Positions 53,750 through 64,000 of a stretch of 64,000 nucleotides of DNA are shown in pieces; position 1 is the stretch's first letter, and each line of letters opens with the position of its first letter. A program made the translations under genes and the position numbers. Origin of the DNA: Octopus bimaculoides (taxonomy: Eukaryota); contig NC_068990.1 of the NCBI RefSeq assembly GCF_001194135.2, positions 4,569,834-4,633,833 on the forward strand, written 5' to 3'. The notes below the pieces were generated by a model. That model saw only the letters and a program-made list of their open reading frames with translations, was not told the origin of the DNA and did not search any database.

Positions 53750-54404
53750 TGAGGGTCAGCTGAAAAGCTCATAGGCTCACCAAGATACTCTCAAAGAATG
53801 TGACTGAAAGAAGTTTATTTTTAATATAGGCCCCTTGCAGTTCCCAAACTTCTTCTATTGGTGTTGCAGTACATGGGTTTCATTGGTGAAGAAGCTTTCA
53901 TCCCGTTGATCAAAAACGTCTTCAACAGTGGATATGATGTCATCATCAATGCAATACTGGTTCCCAGCCAAATGCTTTTACATGTTGGGAAATAGATAAT
54001 AGTCAGATGGGGGAAAATCAGGAGAATAGGAATGGTGATTGACCAGTTCAAATCCACAATCACACACAGCAGCCATTGAAGCAAAGGACCCCTTTCATCA
54101 GTTTTCCCGGGCGTTTGGCCTTGATAGCCTTTTGCAAATTGGCATAGAACTCTCCATTGATGGCATGGCCTTTCTGAAGATAGTTGATAAACAATGTTTT
54201 CTATATAAAAAAAAACATCAATCACCTGTCATACTTCACCATGTGGTGGACATGATCACTGTTGTTCCCAGGTAAAATGACATTTTACCTGGGAACAAAA
54301 CATGCAGTTCTTTAGAAGAAGATTTGCAATTGATGCATGTAAGATTTCACAGCTCTAGCATTACTCCTTCATATTCAGCCTATAAACTTTTCAGCCGACC
54401 CTTG
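53750..54404 (-). mobile_element. Internally deleted mariner (Tc1/mariner) DNA transposon
   Basis: ~30-bp TIRs (tgagggtcagctgaaaagctcataggctca / tcagcctataaacttttcagccgacccttg) with TA at 53748-49 and 54405-06. Minus translation YLQKGHAINGEFYANLQKAIKAKRPGKL..GFELVNHHSYSPDF, shifted SDYYLFPNM (YSPDLAPSDY motif). Confidence 0.95.
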
Positions 54405-54411
54405 TACATCA

Positions 54412-55380
54412 CTTGCATAATACTGTCTGACATGATATGAAATATAGTACTGAAACACTTTCAGTCTTTACTAACCTATGATAGTCATGATCTGTAAATA
54501 ATAGTTCACTACTTCAAAAAGATTTGAGGTTTTATTGGATTCTGCTATGGGTAAAATGTGATGACAATGTCAATTATAAAAAGTGGTATTTACTTTCCAG
54601 TTACTATTAAATACAAATGAAAGACAGTGAGATGTACGAATGCTGAATAAACTGTGCATAGCTAGAAGACATTCCAGATGTCTTTTGCCCATTTCATAAC
54701 AAACTAATGAACTAAAATTACATATTCACATCAATATCTCTGATTTGATATGTATATATATATGTCCTTATACCCTCTTTCACATAAAGACAGCAAATAC
54801 ACATTTATAAATGGCAACCATCCAAGTCAACTATAATCAGACATAAACATTCTTAATTCCAAACAGGTGTTGTTATTTAGTCCAGGCCAGCCCTTCTTTA
54901 GTAAACCTATAACCAAAAGTATTCAAACCATGATATTTGTGTCATTTTACTCAGAACACTGCACCTGTGCCCTTTTTATCCAGTGTGTGTCACTATTCTA
55001 AGATAGTAGGTGTAGTTGAGGGAGATTTGGTTGTTATTTTTAGAGGGTTGAGTGATATCTCATTGGCTCAAATAGATGAGTGTCCTTGGTGTAGATGAAC
55101 TGAAAATAGGTTACCCTTTCACAGGATTTTATAATGAAATTAAATTATAGATGGTTGATGCCTCTTGCTTCCAATGTCATTTTCATATAATGGCACGAAA
55201 AACATATATAGTCTATAGTTCTATAATGCCCAACTAGATTTAAAATAAAGCCTCAAGGGAAATTAGTGGATGATATCACTGAAAATGTCATACAACTAAT
55301 CCAGAGATTCAATCTTCAATGACATGACAGTGTCACTAACAGTGATTTATTTTCTAATTAAGGTAATGAAATATCAGACT
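54412..55380 (+). repeat. Old tandem duplication, copy B
   Basis: See copy A. Same anchors in the same order. Confidence 0.85.
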
Positions 55381-56660
55381 AATGACCTAACTCAGGTTTG
55401 CTATACAATATCTGAAAGCCTTGAGTTTACAAATTAAAATTCCCAGATGTCGTACATCTCATGGCAACCATCCCTTTTTATATCTGTAAATACATGAATT
55501 AGAAAAGCCTGCAATACATCAACTTCAATACTTCAGAATTCTGTAACATTTTAACTACTCTATTTTAAATTTGCTTTGACTTCCCTCTGTTTTAACACAA
55601 ACATAAAATACTCCCAAGCATCTATTCATAGTACAAAGCTACAACACACATGCATCTCCTTCATAATTTTAAAATTACTCTACTCATAATTTATCAGTAC
55701 CTAAAAGATTCTCTTTCCACAAAGAATATTTTTTTACGGTAAATTATGCCATCCCACAAATTGTCTAATAATTTACATTAATTTAACGATTTCATATGGA
55801 ATGTGAAGAAAATATAATATACAGAAAAAGATATACATAGTTGTAAGGCAAAATATTTTCTATTTTTCTAATTTAAGAAAACTCAAATTGTTATCTTATT
55901 TTCCAAGTGATATTAATTGATTAATAAACACTCATTTCAGACTTGAAATATTTTTCAGGTTGTAAAATAATAATTTATAATAGGCATACAGACAACTAGA
56001 ATATTTAGTTACCATGATATCTTTTGTCAAACTCTATACTATAAGTCCTTCCAAAATTTTCAAATAACCTTTAAAAAATGTTGTAAAATATTTGAACAAT
56101 AAACTTTAATGTGATGAAATAAAGATTACAACATTTACAATTTGACTAGAACTTGTAATCAGTTTTAATTTAATGTTCTGTCTTAAAACAGCTTTTAAAG
56201 TTTTTCCTTTTATATTTTGCCTTTGTTTACATTTGAAATAAAGATAAATTCCTGATATTAAATAACATGAAAAGCAGTAAGAGAAACCATTTGAATACTT
56301 TTCAGATTTTTCTATAGACATTTTTATTTACCTTGCTCTTCTTTTATGTACATGCAATAGTTCTTGCCATAAAAGTCAGGGAGGAAGCTGAGTATTTCAA
56401 GTATTTTAGTGCAAAGAATGCTAAAACATTATTTTCTTAACTTGTTTAACAATTTCCTGTTAACAAATAAATAAATGCACACTCACACAAATAGATTTTT
56501 ACAAAGGTATTTTGTTGAGACACACAAATTTAAAGTTTAGGATCTATTATTCCCCATGTTCATCCAAATTTTAATATAGCATTAAAATAGGTCTATTTTA
56601 AATAAAACATTATATCTCCGCTTTTCATTTTCACTTTGGCAATAGTAAAAATAGCAATAG

Positions 56661-57127
56661 TCAGAGAAACGCAAAATTTTGAGGAATTTTCCTACCCAAA
56701 GAAATAAGAAGCTAGAAAATAATAAACCTGACCTAACAATATTGGACAAGGAAAAGTGAAGTCATCTACTAATTAATCCATCATGTCTGTTTGATTCCAG
56801 GGTTGTAAAGAAGGAGGATGAAAAATTAAAATAAAAAAATTCAATTCCTTAAAATTTGAAATTGCAAGATTGCAAGACTGAATGTAATAACTGGTATGTT
56901 GGGAACTGTAAGCAAAGATATAGACAAATGGTTGAAGGAAATTGGAATTGAATGTCCTGTACAGCTTCTATAGAAAGTTTGCCTCTTACAGACAGGAAAG
57001 ATTATCAGGAATGTCTTAAGAAATTGAAAGACTATTGAAAGCTTGTAGATACCTAGGTTTACAGGTAGTAACCTGCAACCCACATAAATTCGACCAGGAA
57101 TAAGAATGAACCTGAGTTAAATCATCA
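56661..57127 (+). mobile_element. R4/Dong-clade 3' end
   Basis: KILRNFPTQRNKKLENNKPDLTILDKEK*SHLLINPSCLFDSRVVKKEDEK..; a 3' UTR ends in an AAT run. Confidence 0.85.
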
Positions 57128-57452
57128 ATAATTATAACAATAATAATAATAATGATTTCAGATGTTGATGCAAGGCCAGCAATTTCAGAGGAATTGCTTA
57201 GCATTTTGTCTGACATGCTAATGAGACTACCATCTCACTGCCTTTATAATAATATGAAAAAAAAATTCAAGTATTTTACAATACAAAGTGGCAAGGGATT
57301 ATTTGGATCATCAAGTAAGGAGATTAATTCAGGAGCTGGACGATATCACTTCCAACAAATAAATGGGTACAGATGAAAGCAATAATGTATATTTGAAAGA
57401 TGTTTGAATGCAAACCAAAGATGAACAATTTACCAGAATAAAAAACAACAAA

Positions 57453-57566
<114 letters not shown>

Positions 57567-57976
57567 NNNNNNNNNNNNNNNNNNNNNNNNNNNNNNNNNN
57601 NNNNNNNNNNNNNNNNNNNNNNNNNNNNNNNNNNNNNNNNNNNNNNNNNNNNNNNNNNNNNNNNNNNNNNNNNNNNNNNNNNNNNNNNNNNNNNNNNNNN
57701 NNNNNNNNNNNNNNNNNNNNNNNNNNNNNNNNNNNNNNNNNNNNNNNNNNNNNNNNNNNNNNNNNNNNNNNNNNNNNNNNNNNNNNNNNNNNNNNNNNNN
57801 NNNNNNNNNNNNNNNNNNNNNNNNNNNNNNNNNNNNNNNNNNNNNNNNNNNNNNNNNNNNNNNNNNNNNNNNNNNNNNNNNNNNNNNNNNNNNNNNNNNN
57901 NNNNNNNNNNNNNNNNNNNNNNNNNNNNNNNNNNNNNNNNNNNNNNNNNNNNNNNNNNNNNNNNNNNNNNNNNNNN

Positions 57977-58247
57977 GGAAACCCCAAAATGGCTGAAGTC
58001 CAAAAGATAGTGCTCATGGGAACTGCCCATATCCTACGTAAAATACTGTCTATGTGATCTCAAATTTTAAAGCAAACATAATTTTCTTATGGTTTCTTAA
58101 ACATTCACTTGAACAAAACTGTACAAATCCAAATATATGGTACCCTAGGCATAACACCTACATGAACTTCTAACTTGTTGTCTCTTGAGGTCTCTGGGTG
58201 AGACTTGGATCCAACTTGTACAAATGCAAAACAAAAGTCAAACATAA
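57977..58247 (+). mobile_element. R4/Dong-clade 3' end with (AAT)n tail
   Basis: GNPKMAEVQKIVLMGTAHILRKILSM*, then 3' UTR and AAT repeats. The 5' side runs into an N gap preceded by (AAT)n. Confidence 0.9.
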
Positions 58248-58271
58248 AATAATAATAATAATAATAATAAT

Positions 58272-59170
58272 CTTACATTCCTCTTAGTAACAAGAATAAT
58301 ATCTATGCCTGTATTACGTTTCCAGTGCTAGCTATACTATCTGGCTCAGAACTGTATTGGAATGTCACAGTCCTGGGTTCCATAGATTGCGACATGAGGA
58401 ATTTTCTTAGAACATCAAATTCTACACCATAAGTCTCTCACTTGACAGATGAGTGTCGAGGAGGAGTTTAAGAAGGCAATTATCAATATATCTCACTAAC
58501 TTTCCAACACCTGAGAATGATTGTTGTTGTTAATTACAATTGGATGATCAAACAATTGTAATTGCAATTGATTATCACTGCTGCAATCAATAATTATAAC
58601 AAGAAATTGGATTAGATTTTGAACTAAAACTCTAAATCTAAATCAACCGTAAAGACACAAACAAATCAACGATGGTGAACAACTATAAAGACATGCCAAT
58701 ATTGCAAACCGAACGCTTGAGATAAAAAATTAACTGAACTGGATATAGACACCTACTCTTAATGAGTAGACAGAATGAATGACATTAACCCTATAAGAAC
58801 AGGCGACCACTACTTGATACATGGAAAGGAATATTTACAATTCCTTCAGTAGAAATGATGAATACCTGTGTGGTATATGCCATGAAACAATACACAACAC
58901 TATCACAGTGTCCAACAATAGCTTCCACAAAATATATATGCAGATATGATATTGTAGTGAATGCTTTACATATACCAACAATTTCAAGTAATGGTGCCAG
59001 TTGCATGAAGGATCTATTTGAGTGTATATACATCAATTATATTTCCATGTTTTACAATCCAGTAAATTGCTTTGTTATACACCACAGCTGCTTATATTTA
59101 ACAAGCAAGTGGAAGAGAAATTGTACAATTAGAATATTCTTATCAAATAGCTACAGTAGATTTTACATAA
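58272..59170 (+). mobile_element. Older R4/Dong-clade fragment
   Basis: NKNNIYACITFPVL..WNVTVLGSIDCDMRNFL..; later CGICHETIH and QCPTIASTKYICRYDIVVNALH (cf. ETIxHIISGCPxLAxxEYxxRHD). Confidence 0.65.
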
Positions 59171-60079
59171 TATATAGCAGAAAATAGTAGCAATTTAAAA
59201 TAAATAGTTGAGAAATATATAAAACATATGAAATTATCCTCTTTTTCAAGGAGTCTTACAAATATAATAAAGAAGCTGGAGGATGTAAGGAGCAAGAAAA
59301 ATAAAGCACATTTTCAGAAACTGCAAGATTGAAACACTATGATTAAATAAAAAGTATTTCAAAAATATTAAACAAATGATGAACGGAGGAAACTTTGCAT
59401 GGTCAATACCTACCAGGGTTAAAAATACCAACATAGATAATTTCTAAATGGCCATAAAGTTAGTGAGAGAGGCATTTAATTAAATCCACCCAAATACTCT
59501 GAAAGATACTCTAAAATATTTCCTACCACCCAAAAGCTTAAATGCTGTTCAATTTGGTGGCTACTTAGAGAAAATGATTGATAAACCATATGTCATGGGT
59601 GCCTTGTATAAGCAAAGTCTGAAAATGTGCTGAGGTATAATTACTCAGTTCATTTATCTAGTAGAATATCTTCCCTTCAAATGGAGAGACCAGAAACAAT
59701 ATTTTCATGGTTTAGTTAAGAGGAAGAGGTAATAACATACTGTCTGGAGCTGATGAGATTGATTTAGTATTCACATTTCTATTATACTTCTGTAGAATTG
59801 GGTTTGTAGCAAAAACAGGGATGAATAGAGAACTCCAGAAGTTTGATACTATAGAGGGAAAAGATTGGGCATTGTGTTAGTGTGGGGCCTCGTGAAGTGA
59901 AACACAGTAGGGATAATAAGTGAAGAGACTGGTGTTTTGATTGAACCTGAGTAGATTTGCTATGTCATTAGTAAGTTCAGACGAGCATTTTACTTTGTAG
60001 TCGTGCCAAGATAGATAATAGATACACATACACACACACACATATATATATAGAGAGAGAGAAAGAGAGAGAGAAAGAA

Positions 60080-60129
<50 letters not shown>

Positions 60130-60199
60130 TGTGGGACAGATGTTGTAGCTGTTTGGTGAATGAACCATAGCAAATCAATTGGATGGCCTTCTTCTGATT

Positions 60200-60620
60200 G
60201 CAGTTTGCAATGTGAATGAGTGCAGCAACACCACCAGGCTATATATGCGAGGAACACTCCAATGTTAATCACAATTATAGGGTTCAAAGAAGATTGGACA
60301 TACCAGTTGATATTATTTCCTGGCTCCAAAGAGGAAAGCTAGTTTTTGGTGATATGGGGTTGCCAGGAAAAAAATTCTAAGTCTAAGTTTCAGATAAAGA
60401 TGGAATGACAGGACAGCTAAATATAGAACTATAAACCAATAGAAAAACCGTCTGGAAAGAAGATAATAAGAAGCCATTTTCAAAGGTTGATATGCCATAC
60501 TCAACAACCAATTACAGTTTGAGAAAGAGTCCAGATATAAAGTTCTGCAGATAGAAGTAAGAACATGTGGCATAGACACAAATTTTTTCATGTGGTTGGA
60601 GGATCTTTATTTGTTTGTAA
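60200..60620 (+). pseudogene. Decayed coding-like segment, possibly related to the gag/ORF1-like repeats
   Basis: RVQRRLDIPVDIISWLQRGKLVFGDMG..RKSPDIKFCR*K*EHVA is near-open and purine-rich. No direct nucleotide alignment to the other copies was seen. Confidence 0.3.
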
Positions 60621-61157
60621 CAGAACAGGAAATGAAAGGACATCATTCACCTGAAGAATAACTGTCTATAGTTCCATCAAAGAAGAAAACTGAGTTTTAG
60701 CAGTATTCTATCCGAAATAAACAAAATAAAAACAACACATCAAAGTATATTCTTTTAAAAATTATCGTCATTTCTCCACACAAACACACATGCATACACA
60801 GACACAAACACACATGCACACACACGTACATACACATGCACACACTCACAGATAATAAAGGAAATGAAATTCCATAATTATATACTGATGCTAGAATGGC
60901 TAACAAACAACATACTTTATAGCAATTTGGTATGACATGTAAAAAGCACACAAGCTGTAAGACAATGCCACAAAGACTGATATAATTTGCTTGAAGTTTA
61001 CCAATTATTTTATGGCAAACAAATAAATAAAATAATAATGATATTGATTTCTTAAATCTGCACAAGGAGGGTTTATAGTTCATTCAACTGACTGTGGTAC
61101 CTGAATGATTCTTGTCTGCCTTGGGGTAATATAAGTCATAATTATAACAACAACAAT

Positions 61158-61329
61158 CCTTTCTACTATAGGCACAAAGCCTAACATTTTTGGGAACAAG
61201 CTCATTGACCCTGAAAGGATGAGAGGCAAAGTCAACCTCAGTGGAATTTGAACTCAGAACATAAGGAAGGACGAAATGTTGCTAAGCATTTTGCCCAGCA
61301 TGATAATGATTCTGCCAGTTTGCTGCCTT
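61158..61329 (-). mobile_element. (ATT)-family tRNA-type SINE
   Basis: cctttctactataggcacaaagcc..gaaaggatgagaggcaaagtcaacc..gaatttgaactcagaac. Confidence 0.9.
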
Positions 61330-61642
61330 ATTGTTTCTACCAATAAGAAGAATAATATGTCTTCCTAGTAGCCGAAGAGGCACTCAGAACACTAACAACC
61401 GCGTTTAAGAAATGTGTTGGAGATATTCGAATTGACATGATGACAGAGCATACCCCCAAAAAACTGCTCTATTAGGATTATGAGATTAGTACTTGCATGT
61501 TGATTGCCTTCCACGATACTTAACACATTAGTACCAAGTATTATGATTGTGAAACTTTTAAGTGAAACAGAATGCTGTCCACTCTCAGAGAAGTAACCAG
61601 TGCAAGTAAAATCTAGAACTTTGAGAAACATAATATAATAAT

Positions 61643-61800
61643 CCTTTCTACTATAGGCTCAAGGCCTGAAATTTGTGGGGAGGGAGCTAGTTGATGATAT
61701 CGACCCCAATGTTTAACTGGTACTTATTTCATCGATCCTGAAAGGATGAGAGGCAAAGTTGACCATGATGGAATTTGAAATCAGAAGGTAAAGACAGATG
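61643..61800 (-). mobile_element. (ATT)-family tRNA-type SINE, 5'-truncated
   Basis: Same motifs, ending at an (AAT)n array. Confidence 0.9.
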
Positions 61801-61837
61801 AATAATAATAATAATGATAATAATAATAATGATGATG

Positions 61838-61893
<56 letters not shown>

Positions 61894-62180
61894 CAATACC
61901 AACAGATGACAATGTTTCTCAAAAAGAAATGGAGAAACTTTCAAAATACAAAGACCTGGAAACAGAGGTAAATTGAATGTGGTGTCTAAAAACAGAAACA
62001 ATTCCTATCATATTAGGTGCATTAGGTATAGTAAAAAATATCCAGACAAATACCTAACAAAAACACCAGGACTAACAAGTATATATAACATACAAAAAAT
62101 AGCAAAACCACAGCACATACCAAAGGTACACAGAGCTGTGCTTAGCAGTGCAATGAAAGTAGATGATAAAAATAAGACTA

Positions 62181-62183
<3 letters not shown>
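61894..62183 (+). mobile_element. R4/Dong-clade 5'-truncated 3' end between two (AAT)n arrays
   Basis: SIPTDDNVSQKEMEKLSKYKDLETEVN*MWCLKTETIPIILGALG. Arrays at 61801-61893 and 62184-62297. Confidence 0.88.
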
Positions 62184-62245
<62 letters not shown>

Positions 62246-62249
62246 TAAT

Positions 62250-62297
<48 letters not shown>

Positions 62298-62505
62298 CCT
62301 TCCATATTTTGGTACAAGGCCTGAAATTTTGGGGACGTGAGCTAGTTGATTACATCATTCCTAGTATTTGATTGATACTTTATTGACCTCAAAGGGATGA
62401 AGTGCAAAGATGACTTCAGTGCAATTTGAATTCAGAATGTAAAGACAAAATGCCACTAAACATTTAGTTTGGTGCACTAATGATTCTCCCAGCTAACCAT
62501 CTTAG
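62298..62505 (-). mobile_element. (ATT)-family tRNA-type SINE
   Basis: ccttccatattttggtacaaggcctgaaatttt..aatttgaattcagaatgtaaagac. Confidence 0.85.
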
Positions 62506-64000
62506 ATAATGATAATAATAAATAATAATAAGGAGTTGTTGTTGTTTATTATTATTATTATTATTATTATTCATTAGGAACTGATAATGATAATAATAAG
62601 TAAGAGAGTGTGCGAGTACAAGTGGTAATTACATGTGCAGGAATTCGTGTTAGTTCTCATATTCATGTTTTGGGTATATAATTCAATACAAAAATCACAA
62701 AGAATTATCCATCAATGCAGAGGCAGAAAAAAAACATGCTATTCAACTTATTTAACATACCTTATAACCAGCAATTTTAGTGTTTCCTTTCTCTTTAAAG
62801 AGCATTCTTCGCTTTTGTAATGTCAACATACTCTTATATGTATTTATATATATTTAAATAAATCCTGGAAATTATTTTAATTTTGTTTCTCTATTCATAT
62901 AACTTGTAAGGAAATGTGAAGCGTTTATATACACAGCATCTTTCAAATGTAACTTTTACCAATTTCAAAAACATTTTTGTTTATTCTCAACATATTGTAT
63001 CAGTCTGAAAGTGATTAATCTCTCAGAATGATTTTATATCAGCCTATAACAAGGAATAGTAATTCATTGTAATAGAGGGATTGGTTTTAAACACACACAC
63101 ACACACACACTCTTCATGTGAAGTGGCATTTTCTCCATTCCACTGTGTTACATTCTAAATGATTTCTTTTCTGCACTATTGATCCTCTTTGGTTACCTTT
63201 AACTATAAGAAAGTATTACTTGTACCTCTTCTTCATTTGCCACTCAAGCAAAAATTTTCATTAAGTTGCTACTGAGATAATTTATTCTGTAAGCTTCTGC
63301 TTGTTCACTTGTACTCATCATAATACTCTTTTTTCCTCCTTCTTTTCTGTTTTCTTTTTCAAATTTCTTCATATTCTTCATATTCATTCAATTTTCACAA
63401 ATCACTTCACTGAATTCAATATTCAAAATTCTGTCAGAATTATTTTTTTAATAGGAATTCTGTCATGGGGGTTATTGCTTATTTGAAAATATGCATATGA
63501 CCTCTATTTACATTATTTTTTTCCACTATTTTTTTCCATACATTGCACACTTTCACAGGACTACTGTGTGCAGCAGTGGGACTTGTGTATATGTAGTATT
63601 TTGTTTTAAGTTTTGTATTTTTTCTATAATAAATGTACTCAGTGTATTATGTGTGCAGTATTTAGCAATGCTATTTTCTGTAGGTTGTACATATTTCTAA
63701 GCCAGTCCTGGAAATTTTGGTTATATATTTGCCTGCAATGCTTTTTTTAACCATTATCAAGGCATTTACTAGTGTAGCTATTGATTCTGTTTTCACTCTC
63801 CACACTCTAGTTGTCTCTATTTTTAGAACTTTATAATGTAACTTTCATTAAAAATACAAAATATATGGGCTACATTTTTGATGTCTTTCCGTCTCATGAA
63901 ACTTTCAACAAAAACCAAGCAATATATTTGTTTTGAATTGGTGACAATGTGAATAGAGTTACTGTAGGGAAGAAAATGACTTCTTCTAGACTCACATGTA

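Overview
AT-rich, microsatellite-dense eukaryotic DNA with six N gaps. The SINE/LINE repertoire and the (AT)n/(AC)n/(AAT)n/(AG)n density fit a coleoid cephalopod such as Octopus; this is an inference from recalled repeat sequences, not a database match. No long intact gene is present, and nearly all ORFs in the supplied track are artefacts of microsatellites, N gaps or antisense TE sequence. Most identifiable sequence is transposon debris: at least five RTE-type LINE fragments, seven R4/Dong-type fragments nearly all in or beside (AAT)n arrays, a Penelope-like RT/GIY-YIG remnant with a minimal hammerhead ribozyme just upstream, CR1/Jockey-like fragments, an internally deleted mariner with TIRs and TA duplication, and many tRNA-type SINEs (two with clear target-site duplications). 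The best gene evidence is a candidate 5' end on the minus strand: a CCAAT/Inr-like promoter near 10.1-10.2 kb, a donor at 9974, a strong 78-nt exon at 7041-6964 and two competing next exons. I cannot name the product. The most interesting unexplained structures are Dong/SINE/(AAT)n nesting with microhomology at the 5' junctions, a 185-nt hairpin with + strand G-U bias, several perfect local fold-backs, a 512-bp element with 108-bp inverted repeats, and an old ~1-kb tandem duplication with the mariner at its junction. I did not find a demonstrably new multi-gene system. TE boundaries are approximate (tens of bp) unless a TSD or TIR is cited.
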